Shown piece by piece: positions 10,310 through 20,815 of a DNA stretch of 64,000 nt. The translations under genes were made by a program, and so were the position numbers. Below the pieces are notes generated by a model, which worked only from the letters and a program-made list of their open reading frames with translations, ran no database searches and had not been told where the DNA came from. Position 1 is the first letter of the stretch. Each line of letters begins with the position of its first letter. Source of the DNA: an uncultured delta proteobacterium (GTDB lineage: Bacteria; Desulfobacterota; Binatia; Binatales; Binataceae); assembly GCA_963808235.1 (NCBI GenBank), contig CAWEEQ010000004.1, forward strand, positions 2,400,001 to 2,464,000, given 5' to 3'.

Positions 10310-11089
10310 TCACGTTTTGGGCTTGTCTTCCGCGGCGGCGACGGTTTTCGCAAAAGCGCGGAACGGCTCGAACAGATCGATCGGCATCGGGAAAACGGTG
10401 GTGGAATTGTTCTCGGTCGCGATCTCCTTGAGCGTCTGCAGATAGCGGAGCTGCAGCGTGATCGGGCTCTTGCTCATGATTTCGGCGGCGTCGGCGAGCC
10501 GCTGCGAGGCCTGGAACTCACCCTCCGCCGCGATCACTTTGGCGCGCCGCTCGCGCTCGGCCTCGGCCTGCGCGGCGATCGCGCGCTGCATGTCCTGCGG
10601 CAGATCGATATTTTTGAGCTCGACCAGCGTGACCTTGACGCCCCACGGCTCGGTTTGCGCATCGACGACTTCCTGGATGCGCGCGTTGAGCTTGTCGCGC
10701 TGGCTCAGCAGCTCGTCGAGCTCCGTCTGCCCGCCAACCGAGCGCAGCGTGGTTTGCGCGAGTTGCATCGTGGCAAAGAGATAATTCGCGACCTCCGTGA
10801 CCGCGCGCGACGGATCGACGACGCGGAAATAGAGCACCGCGCTGACCTTCACCGTCACATTGTCCTTGGTGATCACGTCTTGCGGGGGAATGTCGAGCGT
10901 GACGGTGCGCAAATCGATCCGCACCATGCGCTCGAGCAGGGGAATCACGAAAATCACGCCCGGCCCGCGATACGGCGTCAGCCGCCCAAGCCGGAAGACC
11001 ACGCCGCGTTCATATTCGTTGAGGACTTTGAGGCCGCTCAGAATGAAAATTACGGCAATAAAAACGACTGCGCCGACTCCGCTCGCCAT
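10310..11089 (-). CDS. SPFH/stomatin-like (slipin) protein
   Basis: [40 protein letters not shown]. Confidence 0.95.
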   Translation of the reverse strand: MASGVGAVVFIAVIFILSGLKVLNEYERGVVFRLGRLTPYRGPGVIFVIPLLERMVRIDLRTVTLDIPPQDVITKDNVTVKVSAVLYFRVVDPSRAVTEVANYLFATMQLAQTTLRSVGGQTELDELLSQRDKLNARIQEVVDAQTEPWGVKVTLVELKNIDLPQDMQRAIAAQAEAERERRAKVIAAEGEFQASQRLADAAEIMSKSPITLQLRYLQTLKEIATENNSTTVFPMPIDLFEPFRAFAKTVAAAEDKPKT

Positions 11090-11167
11090 CGCGAATTCTC
11101 CTTTGTGCCCAACGCGCGAGTTTTTTAGCGCATCGTGGGCTCGCGGTCGCTCAAGGTTACGTTACAT

Positions 11168-12500
11168 CTACGCTATCTTCTGGACCTGAATTTCCAGGCC
11201 GTTAACAGCCTTGACCCGAGCGCGAGCGCCCGCGCCGAGTGCGTCGGAACTGCTCGCACGCCAAATCTCGCCGTGAACGAAAACTTTGCCGGGCGCGCCG
11301 GGAGCGATCGCCTCGCGCACTTCGCCAACTTCGCCGACCAGGCCCTCAGCGCCGGTCGTCGATCGATGACGACGCTCACGCGCGACGATGAATCCGATCC
11401 CGAGAATGATCACCGTCAACGCGGCCGCGGCGCCGTAGACAATATTGCGATTTACGGCCAGGTCGGTCTTCGAGGTGTCGATCAAAAATAGCGAACCGAT
11501 CACGAACGCAGAAACGCCACCCAGGCCGAGGATTCCGTAGCTGGTGACGAAGGCCTCGGAGATCAGCAGTCCGACGCCAAGGAAGATCAGCAGCAGCCCG
11601 GTGAGATTAACCGGCAGCACCTGAAAGGACACCAGAGCCAGCAGCAGGCAGATCGCGCCAGCGACGCCCGGAAAGATAACCCCCGGATGCGCGAACTCGA
11701 AGTAGAGTCCGATCAAGCCCGCCATCAGGAGCAGGTAGACGATGTTAGGATCGGCCAGCGTGTTGAGGAGTTGCTGGCCTGGAGTCATTCGCGCGCGGCG
11801 CACGACTGCGTCGGCAAGCGCGAGCGTCACCGTTGTGCCACCGACCTGCGCTTTGCGGCCCTGAGGCCTGGGTCAGCAGATTGCGCAAGTCCGGCGCAAC
11901 GATGTCGACGACATTTTTCGCCAGCGCCTCACGCTCGCCGATCGCGACGCTGTGGCGGACGGCCTGCTCGATCCAATCCTCGTTGCGCCCGCGCTGCTGC
12001 GCGATCGTACGCGCGAAGGTCGCGGTGAAATTTTCGATTTTCTGCCCCATCGGACCCTTGATATCCTCGCCGCCCTCCTCGACCGGATGCGCGGCGCCGA
12101 TAGTGGTTCCAGGAGCCATCGCGGCGACATTGGCGGCCTCGGTGATAAAGGTCCCGGCACTCGCGGCGCTCGCACCCGACGGCGCGACGTACACGATAAC
12201 CGGGACCGGCGCGGCGAGGAGATCCTTGACGATCTTTTCCGCGGAGCTGAGCAGTCCGCCCGGCGTGTCGAGCTCGATCACCAGCGCGCTCGCGCCTTCA
12301 GCTTTTGCCGACGCAAGAGAATCTTCGATGTACGACGCGACCGCTGGATTGATTGAGCCGTCGATAGTGATCAACTGAACCCATGGCGGTGCCGACGCCA
12401 GTTTCGCGGCAGCATCGGCGGAATATGATCGCGCGGATACGACGAGCGCGAACGCGCCTGCGACTCCCGCGAGGGCGAGCCATTTGGCCCGTGCGCTCAC
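11168..12500 (-). CDS. nfeD: NfeD membrane-bound serine protease (long form), frameshift near 11860
   Basis: LDTPGG, AASAG, MAPGTTIGAAHPV in the N-part; TM domain and GKVFVHGEIWRA OB domain in the next frame; adjacent SPFH partner. Confidence 0.9.
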
Positions 12501-13294
12501 GACGGAGAACCGCCGCGGCGCGGAATCGGCATCTCGAGAAATCGCATCACTTCTTGAATATCTGCCCAAACCAGGCGCTTGTCGCCGGGATTGCGGAGCA
12601 GATACGCGGGGTGAAAAGTCGGCATAAATCGAATCCCGCGGAAATCCTGCCACTGACCGCGCATCTTGCTGATCGGCGTTTTCACCTTCAGGACCGCCTG
12701 CACCGCAAACGTGCCGAGACCGACGATCGCGCGCGGCCGTACGATTTCAATCTGGCGAAAAAGAAACGGTTCACAAGACGCGACTTCATCGGGCTCGGGA
12801 TTTCGATTCTCGGGCGGCCGGCATTTGATCACGTTGCAGATATAAACGTCGCTGCGCCGGATTCCCATGCCGCGCTCGATTATATCGGTCAGCAACTGGC
12901 CGGCGCGGCCGACAAACGGCTCGCCGCGCGCGTCTTCGTCGGCGCCGGGCGCCTCGCCCACGAACATCAACTGCGCGTTGGGATCGCCGACGCCGAAAAC
13001 CAGGTTGGTTCGCCGCGGCGCGAGCTTGCATCGAGTGCATTCACCGATAAACTCGCGCAGATTTTCCAGTGTGGAAGTAGCTTCGAGGCCGGGATACTTC
13101 GAAAACAGTTCGACCGATTTCGGCACGCCTGCATTCTTGACGGCCGCAGAAGCGGATGCGGCAGTACGTACGGCTTGTGCGGATGAAGCGGCGGCGGGCA
13201 GACCTTCCATCCCTTCTTCGCGCAATTGCTCGACGTAATCGCGCAAGGTAGCGATCAAGGTCTGTCGATCCGGGGGCGACGATGGAGCGTTCAT
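12497..13294 (-). CDS. udg: Uracil-DNA glycosylase family 4 (Fe-S)
   Basis: [45 protein letters not shown]. Confidence 0.95.
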   Translation of the reverse strand: MNAPSSPPDRQTLIATLRDYVEQLREEGMEGLPAAASSAQAVRTAASASAAVKNAGVPKSVELFSKYPGLEATSTLENLREFIGECTRCKLAPRRTNLVFGVGDPNAQLMFVGEAPGADEDARGEPFVGRAGQLLTDIIERGMGIRRSDVYICNVIKCRPPENRNPEPDEVASCEPFLFRQIEIVRPRAIVGLGTFAVQAVLKVKTPISKMRGQWQDFRGIRFMPTFHPAYLLRNPGDKRLVWADIQEVMRFLEMPIPRRGGSPS

Positions 13295-13369
13295 AAGGTC
13301 GCGATGCACACTATGCAGGCGACGTTATAACGCCGGATCACCTCCTTCAAGCAGGCGTATTTTCTTCGG

Positions 13370-13597
13370 TCACAGCCCCAGCATCTTTCTCAACTTAACG
13401 GCGCTGAAGCCAAGCATCGTTTCGTTGCCGACGCGGATTACGGGAACGGCGCGGAATCCCATGGCCACCAGTTCATCGCGAGCGGACGGATCGCTCGCGA
13501 GGCTCTTTTCGACGAAGCTCACGTTGTGCGCGGTGAGAAAATCCTTCGCCTGATGACACGCGCTGCATCCCGTGTTCGTGTAAATGATCACTTCCAT
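13370..13597 (-). CDS. Glutaredoxin/NrdH-like redoxin
   Basis: IIYTNTGCSACHQAK, AVPVI, GFS; AAGGAG RBS 7 nt upstream. Confidence 0.85.
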   Translation of the reverse strand: MEVIIYTNTGCSACHQAKDFLTAHNVSFVEKSLASDPSARDELVAMGFRAVPVIRVGNETMLGFSAVKLRKMLGL

Positions 13598-13979
13598 CGT
13601 GAGTCTCCTTCGAATTGACGCATTGCGAGCACGCGCATCCGCCGCAATCCTCGATCATTTTACCGAGCGTGCGGCGGAGCCTCTGCAGGCGGCGAATCTC
13701 GTCGTTCATTCCGGCCAGCTTCGCTTGCGCCTTGAGCGTCACCGCTCCGCATTCCGTCGTTGACTTCACCCCGAGTGAGAGCAGCTCCTTGATTTCGCGG
13801 AGCGTGAAGCCAAGCGCCTTCGCATCCGCGATGAAACGTAGGCGCTCCAGCACGTCGACAGTGTAGATGCGGTACCCGGAAAAGTTTCGCCGCGGCCGTG
13901 CGATAAGTCCGTGCCGCTCGTAAAAGCGGATCGCATCGACGCTCACCTTAGCCGCGTTCGCAACCAGACCGATCCTCAT
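13473..13979 (-). CDS. MerR-family heavy-metal-responsive regulator (ZntR/CadR-like)
   Basis: MRIG..A...VSVDAIRFYERHGLI, GYRIY, LGFTLREIKELL, Cys in TECGAV and C-terminal CGGCACSQC; 3' end uncertain. Confidence 0.9.
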   Translation of the reverse strand: MRIGLVANAAKVSVDAIRFYERHGLIARPRRNFSGYRIYTVDVLERLRFIADAKALGFTLREIKELLSLGVKSTTECGAVTLKAQAKLAGMNDEIRRLQRLRRTLGKMIEDCGGCACSQCVNSKETHDGSDHLHEHGMQRVSSGEGFSHRAQRELRRKEPRERSVRSR

Positions 13980-13988
13980 CTCTGCCTC

Positions 13989-14020
13989 ACGATAGACCCT
14001 TGACCACGGTCCAGAGTCAA
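13989..14020 (-). promoter_or_regulatory. MerR-type promoter: TTGACT-20 bp-TATCGT with dyad ACTCTGGACC-GT-GGTCAAGGGT
   Basis: Read directly; elongated 20-bp spacer with inverted repeat, resembling the E. coli zntA promoter as I recall it (TTGACTCTGGAGTCGACTCCAGAGTGTATCCT). Confidence 0.85.
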
Positions 14021-14030
14021 GCAGGGTTGG

Positions 14031-15293
14031 CTACCTGACGCTGCGCAGCCGAACTGATTTCGTGGACGACTTCGCCTTGGCGCCGCGCGGTGCGAGGGAC
14101 TGCCGGAGCGCGACGATTCGATCGAGGATCACGTCGGCGACCGCGTCCTTGGACATCTGCGGATGACGGCGCGCATCGCCGTCGGCGCCAATGAGCGTCA
14201 CGATGTTCGTATCGACGGCGAACCCCGCGCCGGGTTCCGTGACGTCGTTGGCGACGATCAGATCGAGGCCTTTGCGCTTCAACTTGCCACGCGCGTTCGC
14301 TTCGAGCTGGTCGGTCTCGGCCGCGAACCCAATCATCAGGCGCGAGCCCTTTTTCGCCGCAAGGCGCGGCATCTCGTCAGCAATCGGCTCCATCGCGAGT
14401 TGAAGTCCTCGCGCGTCTTTTTTTATTTTGCCTCGTGCCGGATTTGCCGGACGGAAGTCGGCAACCGCCGCGGCCATCACAAGCGTCGTGCACCACGGAA
14501 AATTTGACGAGGTCGCATCGAGCATCTCAGACGCGCTCACAGTGTCGATCCTGTCGATCCCGTGAGGCGTCGCGAGCGATGCTGGACCGGCGACCAGCTT
14601 CACACTGGCGCCGCGACGCCACGCCGCACGCGCAATTGCGAACCCCATCTTTCCCGACGATCGGTTCGAGACGAACCGCACCGGATCGATCGGCTCCTGG
14701 GTAGGACCTGCGGTAACTAGAATATTTTCGGAAGCGAGGTCCTGCGCGGCGAGCATTCGTTCGATCTCTGCGAGGATGATCGCGGGATCGGGCAGGCGCC
14801 CCATCCCCTCGTAACCGCACGCGAGCGCGCCCTCGGCGGGATCGATAATCGTCACACCACGCGAGCGCAGTCTCGCCAGATTCTCGGTGACCGTCGGATG
14901 CTCGTACATGTGCACATTCATCGCCGGTGCAAACGCGACTTTCGCGCGCGTCGCCAGCAGCACGGTGGTCAAGATGTCGTCAGCGATACCGACGCTCGCT
15001 TTCGCGATCACGTCGGCGGTGGCCGGAGCAATCACGATCGCGTCGGCGCTGTCGGCGAGTCGGATATGTCCAATCTCGGATTCCTGGGTGAGCGAGAAAG
15101 TGTCGGTCGCGACCGGATTCGAGCTGAGCGTCTGCAGCGTGAGCGGCGAGATAAACTCGGTCGCGTTGCGCGTCATCATCACCTTGACGATGGCGCCGCT
15201 GGTGACGAGCAGGCGGACCAACTCGGCGGCTTTGTACGCCGCGATTCCGCCGCTCACGCCGAGCACAATCGTTTTGCCGGTCAATACACTCAT
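14031..15293 (-). CDS. coaBC: Bifunctional phosphopantothenoylcysteine decarboxylase/ligase
   Basis: GVSGGIAAYKA, PAMNVHM, LACGYEGMGRL, TAGPTQEPIDPVRFVSNRSSGKMG. Confidence 0.97.
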   Translation of the reverse strand: MSVLTGKTIVLGVSGGIAAYKAAELVRLLVTSGAIVKVMMTRNATEFISPLTLQTLSSNPVATDTFSLTQESEIGHIRLADSADAIVIAPATADVIAKASVGIADDILTTVLLATRAKVAFAPAMNVHMYEHPTVTENLARLRSRGVTIIDPAEGALACGYEGMGRLPDPAIILAEIERMLAAQDLASENILVTAGPTQEPIDPVRFVSNRSSGKMGFAIARAAWRRGASVKLVAGPASLATPHGIDRIDTVSASEMLDATSSNFPWCTTLVMAAAVADFRPANPARGKIKKDARGLQLAMEPIADEMPRLAAKKGSRLMIGFAAETDQLEANARGKLKRKGLDLIVANDVTEPGAGFAVDTNIVTLIGADGDARRHPQMSKDAVADVILDRIVALRQSLAPRGAKAKSSTKSVRLRSVR

Positions 15294-15347
15294 CGCGGAA
15301 CAATTCTACGCGGTTCAACGCACGCATTGAACCAAGGGGTTTGCAGG

Positions 15348-16667
15348 CTAGTCGTAGTACTCGAGGCCGAGATGGGTGATCAGATCCTCGCCGCGCATCC
15401 AGCGCAGTGTGTTCTTGAGCTTCATGAGCTGGATGAAAATGTCGTGCTCCGGATAAACCTTCGCCGCATGCATCGGCGCTTTGAAGTAGAACGACAGCCA
15501 TTCCTGGATTCCGCGCATTCCCGCGCGATGCGCCAAATCAAGAAACAGCACCAGGTCGAGCACCAGGGGTGCTGCCAGGATCGAGTCGCGGCAGAGGAAG
15601 TTTATTTTGATCTGCATCGGATAGCCGAGCCATCCGAAGATATCGATATTGTCCCAACCCTCCTTCGAGTCGCCGCGCGGTGGGTAGTAGTCGATACGCA
15701 CCTTATGAAAGAGATCGCCGTAAAGCTGCGGATACATTTCCGGCTGAAGAATTTGATCGAGTACCGAGAGCTTGGTCTCTTCTTTGGATCTGAACGAGCC
15801 CGGATCGTCGAGCACTTCGCCGTCGCGATTGCCCAGGATGTTAGTCGAGAACCATCCCGACATTCCGAGCATCCGCGCTTTCAGTCCTGGCGCGATCATC
15901 GTTTTCATGAACGTCTGCCCGGTCTTGAAGTCCTTGCCGCAGATGGGGATATGAACTTCGCGGGCCAGCTCGAGCAGCGCCGGCGTGTCGGTGGTGAGAT
16001 TCGGCGCTCCGTTCGCGTATGGGATTCCGCTTTTCAGCGCGGCGTATGCATAAATCTGGCTGGGCGCGATCTCGGGATCGTTGTTCGCGAGCCCGGCCTC
16101 GAACTTCCTGAGACTCTCATGAACCTCCGACGGGCGATGGAACACCTCGGTCGATCCGCACCAGATCATCACCGTCCGCGCGACTCCGGTGCGACTCTGG
16201 AAATTCCGGATGTCCTCCATCAGCATCTGCGCCTTGTCCATCTTGGTGCGCGCTTCCTTCACGTTGGGGCCGTGAATCCGCCGCACGTACTCATTGTCGA
16301 ACACGGCTTCCATCGGCTGGAGTTTTTCCAGAGGCTCGCGCACCCGCTCCAGGAGCGCAGGATCGAGCACCGCGGCCTTGCGCGCGGCTTGATACGCATT
16401 GTCTTCGAAGATATCCCAGCCGCCGAATTCGAGGTCGGACAGACTAGCGAGCGGAACGAAGTCCTTGATCAGCGGCGCGCGCCCGTCGGTCCGTTTACCA
16501 AGACGCACGGTGGCAAGCTGGGTCAACGACCCGATTGGAACGCCGAGCCCGCGCTTCACCGCCTCGACACCGGCCATGAAGGTGGTGCTGACGGCGCCGA
16601 TTCCCGGCAGCAAAACGCCGAGCTTGCCCTCCGCCGGCGCTATTCGGACGGGATCCTTTATTGCCAA
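15348..16667 (-). CDS. ino1: myo-inositol-1-phosphate synthase
   Basis: GKDFKTGQT, NILGNRDG, YYPPRGDSKE, CRDSILAAPLVLDL; TTG start with AGGAG RBS. Confidence 0.95.
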   Translation of the reverse strand: MAIKDPVRIAPAEGKLGVLLPGIGAVSTTFMAGVEAVKRGLGVPIGSLTQLATVRLGKRTDGRAPLIKDFVPLASLSDLEFGGWDIFEDNAYQAARKAAVLDPALLERVREPLEKLQPMEAVFDNEYVRRIHGPNVKEARTKMDKAQMLMEDIRNFQSRTGVARTVMIWCGSTEVFHRPSEVHESLRKFEAGLANNDPEIAPSQIYAYAALKSGIPYANGAPNLTTDTPALLELAREVHIPICGKDFKTGQTFMKTMIAPGLKARMLGMSGWFSTNILGNRDGEVLDDPGSFRSKEETKLSVLDQILQPEMYPQLYGDLFHKVRIDYYPPRGDSKEGWDNIDIFGWLGYPMQIKINFLCRDSILAAPLVLDLVLFLDLAHRAGMRGIQEWLSFYFKAPMHAAKVYPEHDIFIQLMKLKNTLRWMRGEDLITHLGLEYYD

Positions 16668-16698
16668 ACTGAAGCTCCTGTTGGCGACGCCGTCGTCA

Positions 16699-17031
16699 TC
16701 ATTTTCGAAATCGCGACGGATAATCAGCGCCGAAGGTTTGTTCGGGATGGAGCACTTTCGCGCGTGCGATCAGGACCTCTTCGGTCTCGGGTATATTCGG
16801 ATCGGGGATGCAACAATCGACGGGACAGACCGCGGCGCACTGCTCCTGATCGAAGAAGCCCACGCATTCGGTGCACTTGTCGGGGGCTATATAGTAGATG
16901 TCCTGCTTGATCGCCGGCGTAGTCGCGCCGTTCAGCTCCCACGGCGCCCCGCCTTCGTAGATCGCGGTGTTCGGGCATTCGGGCTCGCAGGCGCCGCAAT
17001 TGATGCATTCCTCTGTAATCAACGTGGACAT
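16699..17031 (-). CDS. YfhL-type 2[4Fe-4S] ferredoxin
   Basis: CINCGACEPECPN and CTECVGFFDQEQCAAVCPVDCC. Confidence 0.93.
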   Translation of the reverse strand: MSTLITEECINCGACEPECPNTAIYEGGAPWELNGATTPAIKQDIYYIAPDKCTECVGFFDQEQCAAVCPVDCCIPDPNIPETEEVLIARAKVLHPEQTFGADYPSRFRK

Positions 17032-17129
17032 TTTCTTGAGCTCCGGAACAGGTCTGTCTTGACGGATCGGTAGCCGATCAAACGGCAACAATATCGGCGC
17101 GCATCAAGCCGGGCAAGCATGTCGACCGA

Positions 17130-18180
17130 TCATTCTGCAATGCCGGCCACCACGCGGCGCGCGAGTTCCACGAACGCCTCGCTCACCGGATGCGTCGGCT
17201 GCGCGATTGTGATCGGCATCCCACCGTCGCCCGCTTTGCGCACCTCGGGATAGATCGGGATTCTCGCGAGCAGATGCGTTCCTTCGTCTTCAGCCATCCG
17301 CTCGCCGCCGCCGTAGCCGAATATTTCGTCGCGCTCGCCGCAATCGGGACAGACGAAATAGCTCATGTTCTCGACCACGCCGAGAATCGGGCAGTGCACC
17401 TGGCGGAACATCTTGATTGCGCGGGTTGCATCGAGCAGCGCGACGTCCTGAGGAGTGGTCACGATCACCGCACCGTCGAGCGATACCTGCTGCGCAAGCG
17501 TGAGCTGCGCGTCTCCGGTGCCGGGCGGCAAATCGACAACCAGGAAATCCTGCGAGCCCCACAGCGTGTCCTTGAGAAATTGCCGCACCGCACCCATCAC
17601 CATCGGTCCTCGCCAAATGACCGGCGCTTTCTCGCCAAGAAAAAATCCAATCGAGATCAGCTTCACGCCATATTTTTCGATCGGATAAAAATTCTGCCCG
17701 CCCGCCGACTTCGGCCGCTCGTCGCCGACGTTGAACATCATCGGAATCGACGGTCCATAGATGTCCGCATCGAGCAGCCCGACGCTGAGCCCCAGCCGCG
17801 CAAGCGCCACCGCGAGATTCGCCGCGACGGTGGATTTGCCGACCCCGCCCTTCCCGCTCGCGACTGCGATAATGTGCTTGGTTCCCTCGAGCCGGACCCG
17901 CCCGGTTTTCTCACCAAGCTCGGCTTCAATCCGATGCACCCGCAGCTCAACCTTCGGCACGCCGAGCTCATGAGTAAGCGCATGATGAATTTTCGTGGCG
18001 AGGTCGCGAATCACATCTTCGCGCTGAGTCACCTGGCGCAAACGTGATCGCGTAACCACCGTCGGGTTTCGCAGCCGCATCCTCGACGATTCCAAGCGTG
18101 ACAATATCCGAGGCGAAACCGGGATACTTGACGTGCCCCAATGCCTCAATAATCGCCTCGTTTGTTACCTGCTGCGCCAC
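17130..18180 (-). CDS. mrp: Mrp/ApbC (NBP35) Fe-S carrier ATPase, frameshift near 18041
   Basis: N-terminal VKYPGF..DIVTLG in one frame; SGKGGVGKST, DADIYGPS, DLPPGTGD, VTTPQ, ENMSYFVCPDC in the next. Confidence 0.92.
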
Positions 18181-18309
18181 TAATGCGATTATCGCAGATG
18201 CATTAGCAATTCGATAGCAAGTCGGTTGCGTTCTGATCCGCAATTCCTCGGTTATTCCGCCATCCGCTTACTGTTTGACGGTAAGCGCGTCGCGGTTTAT
18301 ACTCCTTCC

Positions 18310-18591
18310 GTGATCAAGAGCTTTCGCGACGCCCGCGCCAAAGCTCTTTTCCAACAGCAGAATGTACCGGCATTCCGGCATATCGAGCGGGCGGCGCGGC
18401 GGAAACTGGAAGCGTTGGACGCGGCGCGGCAACTGGGCGATCTCGCGGCAGCACGAGGCAACCATCTGGAAGCCTTCAAAGGCAACCGTTTGGGGCAACA
18501 CAGCATTCGAATCAACGACCAGTATCGAATTTGCTTCGTATGGCAAAAGGGAGACGCGTCGGAGGTAGAGATAGTCGATTATCATCGGTGA
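18310..18591 (+). CDS. higB: HigB (RelE/ParE family) toxin
   Basis: VIKSFRD, ARRKLEALD, NHLEAFKGNRLGQHSIRINDQYRICFVW, EIVDYH. Confidence 0.92.
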   Translation: MIKSFRDARAKALFQQQNVPAFRHIERAARRKLEALDAARQLGDLAAARGNHLEAFKGNRLGQHSIRINDQYRICFVWQKGDASEVEIVDYHR

Positions 18592-18613
18592 GACGACCGT
18601 AGGAGAAGGACTC

Positions 18614-18925
18614 ATGACGACACCAAAGAAACTATCCCCGATTTTACCGGGTGAGATCTTGTACGAGGACTACCTGGTGCCAGCCGGCATCAGCGTGAAC
18701 CGGCTCGCGATGGACATCCACGTGCCGATCTCACGCGTCTATGAGATCGTCAAGGGCGAGCGTGCGATCACTGCTGACACGGCGCTCCGACTCGCGCGCT
18801 ACCTCGGCACGACTGCTGAGTTCTGGATGAATTTGCAGGCGAAGTATGAACTTCGCAAAGCGACGGATGAGCGCGCCGCAAAAATAGCAGCCGAGGTACG
18901 TCCGCTCGCCGCATCCGCGCGCTGA
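18614..18925 (+). CDS. higA: HigA antitoxin (HTH-XRE)
   Basis: PGEILYEDYL, ITADTALRLARYLGTTAEFWMNLQ; downstream of toxin. Confidence 0.93.
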   Translation: MTTPKKLSPILPGEILYEDYLVPAGISVNRLAMDIHVPISRVYEIVKGERAITADTALRLARYLGTTAEFWMNLQAKYELRKATDERAAKIAAEVRPLAASAR

Positions 18926-18961
18926 CTCGCGACGAGTTTTCGATTGTCTGCGCCAGCCTGC

Positions 18962-19972
18962 CTAATGCACCAGCGGCGCGAGCCTCGACGCGATCACATC
19001 GATAGCTTCGCGTGCAATTTCGCGGACCACCTCGCCGGCGGGCGCGATCTCTTTCACCAGGCTCACCGATTGACCAGCGTAAAACGCAAGCCCGCCGATA
19101 TCTCCCTCGACCGATTCAGTCGGCGCCGCGACTGAGTAATTTACTATCGGCAGCTCGAGGTCGGCGCGCTTGATGCGCCCGGTCGTCTCGCCCTCATGCG
19201 GCCGATGCCCTGACTCTGGACGGCCTGCTCGCTCCCAGGCATCGACCAGCGGCGTGCGAATCACGCGATGTGCCGCGTCGGGCCATCCAATGTCGTAGAG
19301 CTTGGTATGCAGAGTGTCGCTCGCGTGCGCAGACAATAGAGCCTGCTTGTACGCGCGATGCGCGCCGGATTCATGCGTCGCCAGAAAGCGCGTGCCGAAA
19401 ACGGCGCCGTCGGCGCCCAGCGCGATCGCCGCCGCCAGTCCGCGCCCATCGCTGATACCACCCGCCGCCAGCATCGGCAGATCGCCAATGGCGTCGCGCA
19501 CTTCCGGAACCAGCGCGAACGTGGTTACGACGCCACGCACATGGCCGCCGGCCTCGAACCCCTGCGCGATTATCGCGTCGGCGCCGGCGCGTTTCGCCGC
19601 GAGCGCTTCGTCAGCCGATCCGCATTGCCAGATGACCTTCAACCCGAGCTGTTTGCAGGCGGGAATGTGCTCGGCAGGATCGCCCCAGAAAAGCGTCACC
19701 GCCGATATCGGCTGATTCGCGAGCGCCTCGATGGTACCCGGGCGAAGAAACGGGATCAGAAGATTCACGACGATTGGCTTGCTCGTAATCTTCCTCGCCG
19801 CGCCAATCTGTTCGTGGATTCCATTCGCCGAGAATCCGGCCAGCGCGATCGTGCCGAGCCCGCCTGCCTCCGAGACGGCGCCGGCAAGTTCCGCGAGCGC
19901 GACGCCGCCCATCCCGGCGCACACGATTGGATACTCGATTCCAAACAGCTCTGAGAAGCGTGTCTTTAGCAT
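18962..19972 (-). CDS. Nitronate monooxygenase family flavoprotein
   Basis: PIVCAGMGG, QGFEAGGH, AAGGISDGRG, FGTRFLAT. Confidence 0.9.
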   Translation of the reverse strand: MLKTRFSELFGIEYPIVCAGMGGVALAELAGAVSEAGGLGTIALAGFSANGIHEQIGAARKITSKPIVVNLLIPFLRPGTIEALANQPISAVTLFWGDPAEHIPACKQLGLKVIWQCGSADEALAAKRAGADAIIAQGFEAGGHVRGVVTTFALVPEVRDAIGDLPMLAAGGISDGRGLAAAIALGADGAVFGTRFLATHESGAHRAYKQALLSAHASDTLHTKLYDIGWPDAAHRVIRTPLVDAWERAGRPESGHRPHEGETTGRIKRADLELPIVNYSVAAPTESVEGDIGGLAFYAGQSVSLVKEIAPAGEVVREIAREAIDVIASRLAPLVH

Positions 19973-19990
19973 CGCACTATCCCGCGACTG

Positions 19991-20785
19991 TCAGGGCTTG
20001 GTCGCCTTGATCGAAAAAATCGTCGGAATCGGATCGCCCTCGATATGCCACTGGCCGTCACTACCCCTCTTCATGAACGGGAAATGCGGATAGATGCATT
20101 CGGCGAACTCATGCAGGTACTCGATTCGTAATCCGGTCGCCGCGAGCGCGCTGACCACGTCACCTGTCCGATACATCCATTCGTGAGTCCCGGAGACCGT
20201 TTTGCTCGGGTCGGAATAATCGGGGCCGGGCGGATATTCGCGCATCGCGGCGTGAAAGTACGAAATCTCGAACTCGAGTTTGGTCGTGCCCGGGCGATTG
20301 TTCGCCATCTGCGTCAGCGGATGAAATTCCGCGATATAGAAGAAGCCGCCCGGCTTCACGAAATTCGCCGCGATCTCCGCCCATCGCTTGATATCCGGAA
20401 GCCAGCACAATGCCCCGTACGACGTGAACACGATGTCGAATTGCTCGTGCAGCGCGCTCGGGGCGTCGAAAATGTTGGACTGGATAAATCTCGCGGGAAT
20501 TTTGAGCTCGGCGCTGATCGACCGCGCGAGCGCGATCGCCTGATCGGAAAAATCAATCCCGGTGACGCTCGCACCGAGCCGCGCCCATGACATCGTGTCG
20601 AGTCCAAAATGGCATTGCATATGAAGCATCGATTTGCCGCGGACCTCGCCAACCTCGCGCAGTTCGATCGGCTTCAGCACGTTCTCGCCGGCTTTGAACT
20701 CCGCGAGACGATACTCACGCGAGGCCTCGTGAATCCGCGCCATCATGTTCCACGCGTCGAGATTTGGCTTCAGCCGTTCGTCCAT
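19991..20785 (-). CDS. Class I SAM-dependent methyltransferase
   Basis: LHMQCHFGLDT, VTGIDFS, FDIVFTSYGALCWLPD, KPGGFFYIAEFHP. Confidence 0.9.
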   Translation of the reverse strand: MDERLKPNLDAWNMMARIHEASREYRLAEFKAGENVLKPIELREVGEVRGKSMLHMQCHFGLDTMSWARLGASVTGIDFSDQAIALARSISAELKIPARFIQSNIFDAPSALHEQFDIVFTSYGALCWLPDIKRWAEIAANFVKPGGFFYIAEFHPLTQMANNRPGTTKLEFEISYFHAAMREYPPGPDYSDPSKTVSGTHEWMYRTGDVVSALAATGLRIEYLHEFAECIYPHFPFMKRGSDGQWHIEGDPIPTIFSIKATKP

Positions 20786-20815
20786 CGTCGTGAATTTATG
20801 GGCGCTCTTTATGCG

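Noticed and set aside
13370-13979. MerR-glutaredoxin fusion via frameshift
   Set aside because: Possible in principle, but the redoxin has a strong, well-spaced RBS implying independent translation
14898-16910. 670-aa plus-strand ORF
   Set aside because: Antisense shadow of coaBC/ino1/ferredoxin, typical of high-GC DNA; no motifs
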